Shown: one piece after another, positions 1 through 9,608 of the stretch | Position numbering within the stretch: position 1 is the stretch's first letter | How the letters are laid out: each line of letters opens with the position of its first letter | Assembly: GCA_963692915.1 (NCBI GenBank) | Contig: OY843584.1 | Coordinates: 288,001-352,000, forward strand | Length of the DNA: 64,000 nucleotides | DNA from: Cenarchaeum sp. | GTDB taxonomy: Archaea; Thermoproteota; Nitrososphaeria; Nitrososphaerales; Nitrosopumilaceae | Direction: 5' to 3' | Translations under genes and position numbers: made by a program | The notes under the pieces: generated by a model | What the model was told of the DNA's origin: nothing | Seen by the model: only the letters and a program-made list of their open reading frames with translations | Databases searched by the model: none

Positions 1-227
1 TACTTCGCGAGAACAAGATGATTGCAGCCGCCGGAGCCGACAGGCTCCAGGAGGGGATGCGCCGCGCGTTTGGCAAGGCCGTCAGCCTCGCGGCTAGACT
101 ACAGGCCGGCCAGTGCGTCATGGAGATGCACGTCAACCGCGAGCATGTCGAGGCGGCAAAAAAGGCGCTCCACATCGCGTGCATAAAGCTGCCGGGAACG
201 CCGCTCATACGCGTTATCGAAAACTAG
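1..227 (+). CDS. rpl10e: 50S ribosomal protein L10e/uL16, 3' part (truncated by window edge)
   Basis: LRENKM...GADRLQEGMRRAFGK...KLP motif typical of archaeal L10e. Confidence 0.93.
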   Translation, partial: LRENKMIAAAGADRLQEGMRRAFGKAVSLAARLQAGQCVMEMHVNREHVEAAKKALHIACIKLPGTPLIRVIEN

Positions 228-484
228 CGGTCCAGCGCGCGCTCGAGGTCCGGCCCCCTTGCGCCGAGCATTCTGACAAACTCGCCAGTCTCGGCCTCGG
301 TGGGATCCCTCCCGCATATCCTCCTCGTCTGGTAATAGAACGAGTTGTAGAGCATGCCGACAAGCATTGCGTACGGCGTGACTGCGCCGCGCCCGACGGC
401 ATCGGCAATCCCGGTTAGCTCTGCCCTGCGCTCAGTCGCCTCGGCAATCTTTGCGTCTATGCGCTCCTTGACCCTTGGATCCAT
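224..484 (-). CDS. Conserved hypothetical protein (86 aa)
   Basis: ATG at 484; MDPRVKERID...GMLYNSFYYQTRRICGRDPTEAE; stop overlaps the rpl10e stop (convergent). Confidence 0.7.
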   Translation of the reverse strand: MDPRVKERIDAKIAEATERRAELTGIADAVGRGAVTPYAMLVGMLYNSFYYQTRRICGRDPTEAETGEFVRMLGARGPDLERALDR

Positions 485-571
485 GGAGTGGCGCGAGCGC
501 ATGTGACTAAAAAGCGTGACGTGCGATCCGGCCGTCGGCGTTTTATACGGGCACGCCTGCGCCCCTTGCCG

Positions 572-1330
572 ATGATCAATGTGCGCGAGGGCGACGGCGG
601 GACGACTGTCCATGCGGCAGTGACTGACTTTGTCAACGTCATGGGATACTGTGAGCACAAGCTCGCCCCTATAGTCGAGGGCGTGGAGGTTCCGACGCCG
701 GTGGCAGTAAGGCGCGGCGGGGCAGCGCACGTTCTAGAGGAGGCCAAGGACGCCAAGGATGTCGCCGAGAGGATCGAGCGCGGCGAGCTCGTTGAGGCAA
801 CCGAGGAGGCCATCGCCGATCCTGGCACACAGGTCGAGCTAGAGCGTGAGAGCGTCTACACGACACTAGAGATGCCCGTGTCATCTGACGGCCGCAGCGC
901 ATCGGTCAAACTCTTTGGCAGGGCCGACAAGGTCTGCCGCGTCAACGGCGCACTGCGAGTCATAGACAACAAGTTTGCCGCAAATCCCGCACGCTATGAC
1001 TCGCGCGATGAGCCGTTCATGGACCAAAAGCTCCAGGTTCTCGCGTATCTCAACTCGTCATTCTCAACGACCAAGGCCCGCACAGATTCCCTTGACATAC
1101 CGCACGAGAGCAAGGAGTGGTCCATCCAGATACATGACGCAATCACGCGCGAGCCGGCCAAGACGTTTCTCAAGAGGCAGAGCGAGCATGACCGCAGGGT
1201 CCTGGTCCACAACGTGTCGCGCTTTGCCGGCATTGCGCTCGGATGGGAAAAGCCTGTCCACCACGACAACCCGCGCAAGTGTCGCCCGTGCCAGTACATT
1301 GGCGTGTGCAAGTTTGCGCTGCATGAATAG
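572..1330 (+). CDS. Solo Cas4-like/ExoV-like PD-(D/E)XK nuclease with Fe-S cysteines
   Basis: N-terminal YCE; GRADKV...VIDNKF (motifs II/III); QVLAY (QxxxY); C-terminal CxxCxxxxxC; TTTTATA box about 25 nt before ATG 572. Confidence 0.8.
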   Translation: MINVREGDGGTTVHAAVTDFVNVMGYCEHKLAPIVEGVEVPTPVAVRRGGAAHVLEEAKDAKDVAERIERGELVEATEEAIADPGTQVELERESVYTTLEMPVSSDGRSASVKLFGRADKVCRVNGALRVIDNKFAANPARYDSRDEPFMDQKLQVLAYLNSSFSTTKARTDSLDIPHESKEWSIQIHDAITREPAKTFLKRQSEHDRRVLVHNVSRFAGIALGWEKPVHHDNPRKCRPCQYIGVCKFALHE

Positions 1331-1359
1331 CCGGCAGCCAAGGGTTAAGTAAGCGCGCC

Positions 1360-3846
1360 GTGATGGCCTGCGTGACGATGGCGATGATAAGCTCGGCATT
1401 GCGCGCAGTGGAGCTGCGACAAGAGCCCGCACCGCTAATCATAGGGGAGCGGCTCAACGCGCAGGGCTCGCGCAGGGCAAAGCGCCTCGTCCTTGATGAT
1501 GACATTGGCGGCCTAGTTGACCTTGCGCGCGAGCAAGTCGAGGACGGCGCGCACTGCATCGACGTCTGCGTTGACACGACAGAGCGCTCTGATGAGCGGG
1601 ACATCATGCTGCGCCTCGTAAAGCGCCTCAGCCTCGAGGTCGAGGCGCCACTCGTCATAGACTCAACGAGCGCCGACGTCGTTGCCGCCGCCGTCGAGCA
1701 GATACCGGGCAAGCCGATAGTCAACTCGATCAACCTCGAGGGCGACGGGTCGCGCTTTGGGGCGATCGCGCCAGTCATGGCAAAGTATGGCGCACCGGCA
1801 GTCGCAATGTGCATCGGTCCGGGCGGCATGGCAAAGACGCCTCAAGAAAAGCTAGAGACGGCGCGCCTCCTCCTAGATCATGGCCGCGACGCCGGACTTC
1901 GCGCAGACCAGTTCATCTTTGATGTCCTGACCTTCACGCTCGGGACTGGCGAGGCCGAGTATGCCGGCGCCGGCGCTGACACCCTAGAGGGCATACGCGC
2001 AGTCCACGAGGAGATGCCTGACTCGTACACGGTTCTCGGGCTGAGCAACATCAGCTTTGGCCTCACGCCGCCGGCGCGCAGGCTCATCAACTCGGCGTTC
2101 CTCCACCATGCCGTGCGCGCCGGCCTTGATGCAGTCATCATCAACGTGCGCGACATTACGGCATACGCGCAGATACCGGCATCTGAGCGCCGTCTCGCAG
2201 ACGCCCTCATATTCAACGAGTCAGAAGGCGCGCTGCCCGAGCTCATCGCGCACTTTGAGGCCGAGGGCACAGGGGGAGGCGGTGCGGCCACGGCAAGGCA
2301 GCCAACTGTAGACCCGTCGATGAGCGCATCCAAGAGGTGCACGTTTCGCATAGTCAACCGTGTTCGCGACGGGATGGAGGGCGACGTGCTCGCCGCGATA
2401 GCCGAAAAGGTTCCCGGCGCGCCGGCGCCGGAGGGCGGCGAGCTCGTAATTCCGGCGCAGGCGGCGCACGAGGCGGCCCTGCGCACGCTCAATGACGACC
2501 TACTGCCGGCGATGAAGGAGGTCGGCGACAAGTTTGGCGCCGGTGAGATCATACTGCCGTTTGTGCTAAAGTCAGCCGAGTGCATGAAGGCAGCAGTCGT
2601 CGAGATCGAGCGCCACCTCATAAGGACAGACGAGGCCTCCAAGGGGAGCATCGTGCTCGGAACCGTATATGGCGACGTGCATGACATTGGGAAAAACCTC
2701 GTCAAGACGATACTCGAGAACAACGGGTACACTGTCCATGACCTCGGAAAGCAGGTTCCGCTCCAGAGCTTTGTGGACAAGATACGCGAGACCGGCGCTG
2801 ATGCCGTTGGCCTCTCGGCGCTCCTCGTCCACACGTCGCGCCAGATGGGAGAGTTTGTTGACTATGCGCGCAAGAACTCTATGGGCATACCGATACTCTG
2901 CGGAGGCGCGGCAATACACACAAACTTTGTCAACAAGATAGCAAGCGAGGGCGGGATATACCCGCACGGCGTGTTTTATTGCAACACAATGTTTGACGGC
3001 CTCGAGGTCATGGAGCGCATTGCCGCCGGCGAGCGCGACGAGCTCGTCGCGTCATGGCGCACGAGAATAGAGTCATGGAAGCCGCCGGCCCCGCCGCAGA
3101 GGCGCAAGGACCAGGCGACGCGCACGGTAAAGCCAGTCGAGGCGCCGCGCGCGCCGTCCCTGGGCAAGGTCATTCGCCTGGAGCCACCCGATGTCCCGCT
3201 CGGGGAGGTCTGGCCGCTACTTGACAAGCGGTCGCTCTTCAAGATGTCCTGGGGCGTTCGCGGGCGGGCCGCTGCTGCCTCTGAGGCCGAGCACGAGCGC
3301 CTGTACGACGAGTGGAGGGAGCGCGCCGTCACTGATGGCCTCCTCGAGGCGCGCGTCGCCTACGCGTACCACGAGTGCCGCAACGCCGGCGGCGGGAGCC
3401 TTGAGGTCAAGGGTGCTGCAGGCAAGGCCGTGACCTTTGAGTTTCCGCAGAGGGGCGGCGTGGGCATTGCGGACTATTTTGGCGAGCGCGATGTCGTGGC
3501 GTTTCAGGCAGTCACTGTTGGCCCGCGTGTAGCAAGCACAGTCGAGGCGTGGAACGCCGAGGGCCGCTATACTGATGCGTACTATCTGCACGGCCTGGCC
3601 GTCGAGGCCGCCGAGGCACTCGCGGCCTGGACGCATGCGCGAATCCGCTCCGAGCTCGGAATTGGCAGCCGCGGCCTGCGCTACAGCTGGGGCTATCCGA
3701 GCTGTCCGGACATATCACAGCACCAGCTTGTGTGGGATCTCATCAATCCGGCCGAGTCGGGCATGACGCTCACGTCACACCACCAGATAGTGCCCGAGCA
3801 CTCGACTGCGGCCCTCGTGGTCCACCACCCTGACGCGTCGTACTAG
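1360..3846 (+). CDS. metH: Cobalamin-dependent methionine synthase (pterin-binding, B12-binding and activation domains; no Hcy-binding domain)
   Basis: IIGERLN, DVHDIGKNLV B12 motif, RYSWGYPSCPD, PEHST; exact start uncertain. Confidence 0.92.
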   Translation: MMACVTMAMISSALRAVELRQEPAPLIIGERLNAQGSRRAKRLVLDDDIGGLVDLAREQVEDGAHCIDVCVDTTERSDERDIMLRLVKRLSLEVEAPLVIDSTSADVVAAAVEQIPGKPIVNSINLEGDGSRFGAIAPVMAKYGAPAVAMCIGPGGMAKTPQEKLETARLLLDHGRDAGLRADQFIFDVLTFTLGTGEAEYAGAGADTLEGIRAVHEEMPDSYTVLGLSNISFGLTPPARRLINSAFLHHAVRAGLDAVIINVRDITAYAQIPASERRLADALIFNESEGALPELIAHFEAEGTGGGGAATARQPTVDPSMSASKRCTFRIVNRVRDGMEGDVLAAIAEKVPGAPAPEGGELVIPAQAAHEAALRTLNDDLLPAMKEVGDKFGAGEIILPFVLKSAECMKAAVVEIERHLIRTDEASKGSIVLGTVYGDVHDIGKNLVKTILENNGYTVHDLGKQVPLQSFVDKIRETGADAVGLSALLVHTSRQMGEFVDYARKNSMGIPILCGGAAIHTNFVNKIASEGGIYPHGVFYCNTMFDGLEVMERIAAGERDELVASWRTRIESWKPPAPPQRRKDQATRTVKPVEAPRAPSLGKVIRLEPPDVPLGEVWPLLDKRSLFKMSWGVRGRAAAASEAEHERLYDEWRERAVTDGLLEARVAYAYHECRNAGGGSLEVKGAAGKAVTFEFPQRGGVGIADYFGERDVVAFQAVTVGPRVASTVEAWNAEGRYTDAYYLHGLAVEAAEALAAWTHARIRSELGIGSRGLRYSWGYPSCPDISQHQLVWDLINPAESGMTLTSHHQIVPEHSTAALVVHHPDASY

Positions 3847-4586
3847 CGCGCCGCGGCAATGACGGACTCGGCCATTGCGCGGTCCCTGGGCGACGTCACA
3901 AGGACATTGCCGGCGATCTCGTGGACGTGGCGCACGAACGTGCCAGCATCGCCCTCGTAGGACGACCAGTCCAGCCCGAGCGTGCGCGCAGACGCGGCGT
4001 TTTTTGGGGACGGGATCATCACGCACGGCATCACGCCGACGTCATGCGCGCGCATCTCCGTGACGATCTTTGTGGCCTGCGCGGCCGACGAGATGACCTG
4101 CGTCACAAACCCGTCTGGCCTTGCGGCGAGCTTTTTCTGCGTCCTTGCGGCATCCGGCACTGTTGGCAGCGAGAGGAGCATCCTGAGGCCGCACGTTGAG
4201 GACTCAGCGCGCAGTCCTGCTAGCACGGCGCCGGGATAGAGTCCAGAGTCGTGCGCGCCCTCGTACTGTGGCGGGTCACCCCTGACGAGCAGGACGCCTG
4301 ACACGCCGGTGCGCGCAGCGGCGGCAATGTCATCCCTGATGCGCTCAAGGCTGCGGTCGCGCGTTCGCATGCTCATCATCACGCCGATGCGCGCCTCGCG
4401 CGCAATGATCTCGGCACACGCGTCTAGCGCGCCGATTCGCCGTGTCCCGAGGACGCCGTCAGTCACGAGAAGCCCGTCGGCGACTTTCATCACGCGCCCT
4501 AGGCGATCCGTCATGGACTCTAGCTGCGTGCGCACATCTTGGCCGTCCTCGACCCTTGGTGGATTGACCTCATACACTATGGCCAT
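3843..4586 (-). CDS. metF: Methylenetetrahydrofolate reductase-like protein
   Basis: YEVNPP, LLVRGDPP, GFVTQ motifs; convergent with metH. Confidence 0.8.
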   Translation of the reverse strand: MAIVYEVNPPRVEDGQDVRTQLESMTDRLGRVMKVADGLLVTDGVLGTRRIGALDACAEIIAREARIGVMMSMRTRDRSLERIRDDIAAAARTGVSGVLLVRGDPPQYEGAHDSGLYPGAVLAGLRAESSTCGLRMLLSLPTVPDAARTQKKLAARPDGFVTQVISSAAQATKIVTEMRAHDVGVMPCVMIPSPKNAASARTLGLDWSSYEGDAGTFVRHVHEIAGNVLVTSPRDRAMAESVIAAAR

Positions 4587-4792
4587 TGCCGGATCGGCAG
4601 GCCCTGCGGGGCGCTATATCTAAACCGTCACGAGCTTTCACGCGTCAATGCGGCCGCGTGCCGTGGGGCTAGTCTCGTGAATGACACTGCGTGCTGTGTG
4701 GCGTATGGGGCATATATCTAATAAATGTCAATTGTTTAGGTTCGCCTGAAATGCTCATAACTTTTTTAACTTGGGACGCCCCCTAGCGTGGT

Positions 4793-5446
4793 GTGAAGTA
4801 CAAGACGTTCAAGAACTCATTTGCCCCGCTTATAGATCACGAAATCCTCGATGTTGAGCAGATCATTCTTGGGATGCGCCTTGGTATGGTGGAGCAGGAC
4901 AAGGTGCCGACTGCGGCTAGGGAGGCCATCACGGATGAGATAAACAAACGTATAAAAGCACAGGTGTCCCCCATGACGCTGCTGATATTGCTTCTTGGTT
5001 CAGTAGGAGATGTAAAATACAAGACACGCCTGCAAAGATACGTATTTCTTGCAGACAAGCAACTCTTGCAAACAAAAAAGCTCAAACCTGACCGACTGGT
5101 GTATGAATGGAAACCACACCATTATGGCCCCTTTAGCGAAGATTTGGAGCTTTGTGTGAAAGAAGCCATTGAAGAAAAACTGGTTGCTTCCTTTGAAATT
5201 CATGAGGATGGTAAAAATCCCGGTATTGGATACAAGCTTACAATTCAGGGACGTGCTGAATTTAAGCGTTTATTGTCACATTTCGACGACACATCAAACC
5301 TAATTCGTGGAATGTTGCTTAAATTTCAAAAAGACCAAACAGAACACCAGCTTTTAGATTTTGTATGCCAGATGTATCCGGAATACACCACACGTGACAT
5401 AATTCGTGATAAATTTATTGACGCGGATGATGCGCCGGTACCGTAG
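4793..5446 (+). CDS. SocA/Panacea (DUF4065)/YwgA-like winged-helix protein, copy 1
   Basis: KTRLQRYVFL...HHYGPFSEDL...LLDFVCQMYPEY; TTTTTTAA box at 4762-4769 precedes the GTG start; AT-rich. Confidence 0.6.
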   Translation: MKYKTFKNSFAPLIDHEILDVEQIILGMRLGMVEQDKVPTAAREAITDEINKRIKAQVSPMTLLILLLGSVGDVKYKTRLQRYVFLADKQLLQTKKLKPDRLVYEWKPHHYGPFSEDLELCVKEAIEEKLVASFEIHEDGKNPGIGYKLTIQGRAEFKRLLSHFDDTSNLIRGMLLKFQKDQTEHQLLDFVCQMYPEYTTRDIIRDKFIDADDAPVP

Positions 5447-5776
5447 CGGCACCGAGGCGTTCATACGCACGTACGGCAAGCGCAGCGTCGTCGAATCCGC
5501 CTTCTCGATCAAGAGGAGGATCGACGGAACGCTGCGGTCGCGCACACGCCGCACGCAGCGCGTCGAGCTGTCGTGCATCGCCCTGGGGTACAACGTGCTG
5601 AGGCTGCTGGAGAGGTAGCGCCACAACGCGCCGGGCGTGGAGGGGCGCACCCGGCGTGAGCTGCGCATACCGCGGCGGTCCCGGCGCCTAACCCGGCGCC
5701 GGGGCGGGACGGGGCTGGAATTTCACGCAGTGCGGCGCCCCGGGACGGCCGCTCGTGCGTATTCGTGGACAAAGCC
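5421..5776 (+). mobile_element. IS5-family (IS903-like) remnant: transposase C-terminus plus right end
   Basis: Frame 5406-5618 has YGKRSVVESAFSIKRR (YREK-type motif) and ALGYN; abrupt GC rise; ends ...GGACAAAGCC (reverse complement GGCTTTGT, like the IS903 terminal repeat). Confidence 0.7.
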
Positions 5777-5822
5777 TGAAATGCTCATAGCTTTTTTAAC
5801 ATGGGACGTCCCCAAGCGCGGT

Positions 5823-6437
5823 GTGAAGTACAAGACGTTCAAGAACTCATTTGCCCCGCTTATAGACCACGAACTCCTCGATGTTGAGCAAATCATTCTT
5901 GGGATGCGCCTTGGTGTGGTGGAACAGGACAAGTTGCCTCCTGCGGCTAGGGAGGCCATCACGTATGAGATAGACAAGCGTGCAAAAGCGCAGGTGACCC
6001 CCGTGAAGCTACTGGTCCTGCTTCTTGGTTCTGTGGGCGACGTAAAACACAAGACCCGCCTGCAAAAATACCTATTTCTTGCGGATAAACAACTCTTGAA
6101 AACAAGGCAGCCCAAAACTAAACACCTGGTGTATGAGTGGAAACCACACTACTATGGACCGTTTAGCAGACATGTGGACATTTGTGTGAAAGATGCCGTT
6201 AAAGCAAAACTCGTTGAGTTATTTACAATTCACGAGACTAACAAAAATCCTGATATCGGATACAGGCTTACAATGAAGGGGCACGCCGAGTTTCGGCGTT
6301 TATTGTCAAATTTCAATGAAACGTCAAGTCTAATTCGTGGAATGTTGCTTAAATTTCAAAAAGACCCAACAGTACAACTGCTCGATTTTGTATACTGGAT
6401 GTATCCGGAATACACGAAAAAAAAGCATGATCCGTGA
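5823..6437 (+). CDS. SocA/Panacea/YwgA-like protein, copy 2 (C-terminus shifted at an A8 run)
   Basis: Paralog of 4793-5446 at a 1030 bp offset with the same promoter; KTRLQKYLFL...HYYGPFS. Confidence 0.6.
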   Translation: MKYKTFKNSFAPLIDHELLDVEQIILGMRLGVVEQDKLPPAAREAITYEIDKRAKAQVTPVKLLVLLLGSVGDVKHKTRLQKYLFLADKQLLKTRQPKTKHLVYEWKPHYYGPFSRHVDICVKDAVKAKLVELFTIHETNKNPDIGYRLTMKGHAEFRRLLSNFNETSSLIRGMLLKFQKDPTVQLLDFVYWMYPEYTKKKHDP

Positions 6438-6830
6438 CAAGTTTCTACAGCAGACAAGGATTGGCAAAAATTCCCTACCGTGACAAGTCTACACGGACGC
6501 CATGAAATGGACTATTCTGCCATTGTGCTAAATATGGTCAACTCCGTGGACTCATTCCAGCTAGTGCACACCAAACTGCCTGTTCGCTAAAAGTTGCAAT
6601 GTGGCAGTGTCGACCTCTGGCATTTGGCCTGCCGGGCCAATGCTGCGCAATTCTAGATCATGTCGCCCTGATGTCGGCCACACTGCCGGTCAGGCCACGT
6701 GATGCCCGCCAGAGTCCATCCGGTTGAGGCGTGACGGGGAGCCTCGAAATGGCGCATCTGGGCGTGAACCGGCGGCAATGGCGCCTATTTTTGCCTGATC
6801 ACTTTTAAAGCCACGCCTGCGCGGTGGAGC

Positions 6831-7742
6831 ATGATGGCCAGGGCAATCCCCCTAGCAGTGCTCGCGCTCGCGGCGCTCATTCCGGCTGCGGCTGCTGAGA
6901 CGATCACCGTCGATCTTGACGGGCAGGACGTTGACATCACGTATGAGGCAACTGATGCTGAGGTTCTTGACGCATACTTTAGCGGCCCATCGATCCTTTT
7001 TGTGGTCGCGCCTTCCGGCAGCCAGGGTTCCCTGGTCGTGACGCTTGAGCGCAGCGTGATCGACACGTTCAAGGTAGCCGGCGAGGACTCGCCGTACATT
7101 GTGCTCCTCGAAGCGTTCGCGATCGACACGTTTGAGGAGTCAAACACGACTCCCACGAGCCGAACGCTTCGCATACCGCTAGAGTTCGACACTGAGGAGA
7201 TCGAGATTGTCGGTGACATTGTCGGCAGATCGGCCGCGCCTGCGGTCAGCGTGACTGAAGAGCCAGTAGATGACGTCCCTGTGGACGATGCCATGATGGC
7301 CGATGTCCCCGAGGACACCACCGCAGAGCTCCCTGATGACGTGGCGCCTGCCCCGCCGGAGGACGCGACATCGGATGTTTCTGAGGAGCCTGCGATGGAG
7401 ACTGGCCAGATGGAGGATGGTGCGATGATGGAGCAGACGGAGGATGCAATGATGATGGAGGATGACGCAATGATGCAGACGGAGGACGGGATGATGGAGC
7501 AGATGGAGGGTGAGATGATGGAGCCTGACGCAATGGATGACACCATGATGCGTGACTCGTCGCCCGTGTGCGGACAGGGCACAGTTCTTGCCGCTGACGG
7601 CACTACATGTGTCCTGTCGGCCATGCCCTCCTCACAGCCAGTCTCATACAGGGATCTCGTCTTTGGCGCCGGTGCCGGATTTGTCATATCGATAATACTC
7701 GTTATCATAATGGTCGGCATTGGCCGCGCCGCAAGGCCATAG
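6831..7742 (+). CDS. Secreted, membrane-anchored surface protein with acidic Met-rich linker
   Basis: Signal peptide, thaumarchaeal-type extracellular domain (RTLRIPLEFDTEEIEIVG), (E/D)xxMM repeats, CGQGT...C motif, C-terminal TM helix. Confidence 0.8.
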   Translation: MMARAIPLAVLALAALIPAAAAETITVDLDGQDVDITYEATDAEVLDAYFSGPSILFVVAPSGSQGSLVVTLERSVIDTFKVAGEDSPYIVLLEAFAIDTFEESNTTPTSRTLRIPLEFDTEEIEIVGDIVGRSAAPAVSVTEEPVDDVPVDDAMMADVPEDTTAELPDDVAPAPPEDATSDVSEEPAMETGQMEDGAMMEQTEDAMMMEDDAMMQTEDGMMEQMEGEMMEPDAMDDTMMRDSSPVCGQGTVLAADGTTCVLSAMPSSQPVSYRDLVFGAGAGFVISIILVIIMVGIGRAARP

Positions 7743-7748
7743 CGCGGC

Positions 7749-8420
7749 TCACTCTGCGATAAGCTTCTTGATTAGCCCCTCTATGCGCCCACCAGAGGCG
7801 TCCTGGCCAAAGGCGACGTCGTGCAGCATGCCCTTTCGGTCAACGAGTATGCTCGATGGCGTCCCGCGCAGCCGGTACATCTCAAAGGTTGATGCGGTGT
7901 ACTCTTTTTTTGCCAGGTGGTCGCGAACCTGGGCGATCACCTGTTCTTGGTATGTCGCCGGCTTTGAGTCAAAGTCCGGCAACTGCGAGTGGATGAACTC
8001 CATGATCTGCGCAGTGTCTGCCCCGCCGGCCGGCGCCTTTTCGAGGAGGTCAAGGCCGACTGGAAACGGTATCTTGTAGGTCAGCTTGTTGCCGTCAAGG
8101 AGGCCGTTCTGGCCCAGCGCGCTGAGCGTGTCACCGATGACCTCGCCGGTCTCTAGGAGGAGGCGCAGGTTCTCTGGCGTGTTCTTGTCATAATCCTCAA
8201 AGGCCGTCGCGACGCCTAGAACGCGCACTCCCTCGTCGCGGTACTTTGTGTATATCGAGACGGCCTCGGGCAGCGCATAGACAAAGCAGCCTGGGCAGTT
8301 GACCTGAAAGACCTCGACGAGGACGATATGGTCATCCTCTGCATCAAGATTTGTCGGCAGGCCCTGAACCCACTCGGAGACCCCTAGGTTTGGCGCTTTT
8401 TGCCCTATCTCTACGTCCAT
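7749..8420 (-). CDS. TlpA/redoxin-family thioredoxin-like protein
   Basis: GQKAPNL, FQVNCPGC, GTPSSILVDRKG. Confidence 0.85.
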   Translation of the reverse strand: MDVEIGQKAPNLGVSEWVQGLPTNLDAEDDHIVLVEVFQVNCPGCFVYALPEAVSIYTKYRDEGVRVLGVATAFEDYDKNTPENLRLLLETGEVIGDTLSALGQNGLLDGNKLTYKIPFPVGLDLLEKAPAGGADTAQIMEFIHSQLPDFDSKPATYQEQVIAQVRDHLAKKEYTASTFEMYRLRGTPSSILVDRKGMLHDVAFGQDASGGRIEGLIKKLIAE

Positions 8421-8804
8421 CAGCGCACGCTGCAGGTGAGTTGCGATAAAAACATAGCTGCCCCTGCACATTCATGCGAGCCGCCCCGCCGTTCATGGGC
8501 AACGGCGCAGCACCTGCGCCGTGCTGCCCCCTGACAGCCCCGTCTCTGGTGCAACGTGGCCGCGTGCCGTCCCCGGACGCCAATGGTGGTCAGGGCACCA
8601 CAATCCCCATCACACAAAACGTGGGAGTGCGCGGGTCACGCGGCTTGCCATGCGGTGCGCAATTCGCAATGTTTGCGCGCCTGCGCAATATGAATGTGGC
8701 AGCACCTGGCATTGCCGGGGCAGACACCATGCCATCGTCAACATGACGTGTCGCCGATGCCGCACCACGCGCCACACCATCGCAGACTGTGGCGCCACCA
8801 TAAA

Positions 8805-9545
8805 CTAGAGGAGAAACTCGGCGGCATTCCTTCCCTCCTCGGTAAGGTGAACCCATCGGTTCCTGCCGACCTTTTTGACCTCGATAAAGCCCCACCTCGA
8901 CTCTAGTGGCTGTATGATGTTCTTGTCGAGGCTGGCAAAGCGCACCTGCGAATAGTTTCCCTTTGGCGAGCTTATCTTTATGATCTCCCTGTCATCGACT
9001 GCCTGCGCGAGGTTCTTCTTTGTGATCTTGCCGCCGCTCTCGCTTATTATCCCAAGTGTGCTGACTAGCCTGGACTCTGGCGTCTGGATCTCGTATGAGG
9101 GAATCCTGACTATCTCCTTTATGCCTGTCGAGATCTGCCTGCCCTCAAAGGCCGCATAGTTCTGGGCCTCCGTGTAGAACGGCGTCACGTTGTGGCCAGA
9201 GTTGAACATCATGGTGGCCATCATTCCGGCGATCGCCTGGATCTTTGAGCCTGATGCGAGGTTTACAAACACGTCATTGCCGGTCTCGCCGCCGAGTATG
9301 TGCCTTATCGCCCTGATTATCCCAAAGAGCGCGCGCCGGTCGTGGGGCTCGCGGATGACCTCGATCCCGTCGCCCTCTAGCGCGTCGGCGACCTGCTCGA
9401 TTATGCCGGTGGCCTTGTCCTCGCCGGGCTTGTCGTGAACCAGGAGCCATACGCGCTCGGCCTTTAGCTTGCTTGCGGGCATGACTATGCGGTCGACCTC
9501 GTACCCTACGGGGGCGATGTGGACGCGTGTCCTCACTATCGACAT
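8805..9545 (-). CDS. CARF-like domain plus winged-helix transcriptional regulator (DUF6293/HFX_2341-like)
   Basis: VHIAPVGYEVDRI, VNLASGSKIQAI (CARF-type motif), C-terminal wHTH with KVGRNRWVHLTEEG. Confidence 0.8.
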   Translation of the reverse strand: MSIVRTRVHIAPVGYEVDRIVMPASKLKAERVWLLVHDKPGEDKATGIIEQVADALEGDGIEVIREPHDRRALFGIIRAIRHILGGETGNDVFVNLASGSKIQAIAGMMATMMFNSGHNVTPFYTEAQNYAAFEGRQISTGIKEIVRIPSYEIQTPESRLVSTLGIISESGGKITKKNLAQAVDDREIIKISSPKGNYSQVRFASLDKNIIQPLESRWGFIEVKKVGRNRWVHLTEEGRNAAEFLL

Positions 9546-9580
9546 TGTATGTTCAGTATCCCTACTATGCTGATGATACA
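9546..9580. promoter_or_regulatory. Imperfect inverted repeat, candidate operator between divergent genes
   Basis: TGTATGTTCAGTAT-N7-ATGCTGATGATACA, 11/14 positions complementary; abuts TAATAAA at 9581. Confidence 0.55.
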
Positions 9581-9608
9581 TAATAAACCATACCCCGCAC
9601 CCACACGC

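Noticed and set aside
1360-3846. MetH lacking the homocysteine-binding domain as a pseudogene
   Set aside because: Split MetH is common, and the ORF is intact with all other motifs.
4751-4792. Apparent premature TAG (copy 1) versus AAG (copy 2) after ATGCTCATA
   Set aside because: The TTTTTTAA TATA box lies inside this stretch, so both genes most likely start at the downstream GTG as leaderless transcripts; the TAG is outside the CDS.
5637-5822. N-terminal extension of ORF 5637-6437
   Set aside because: It is GC-rich IS end and promoter sequence read in frame by chance; the paralog starts at the GTG equivalent to 5823.
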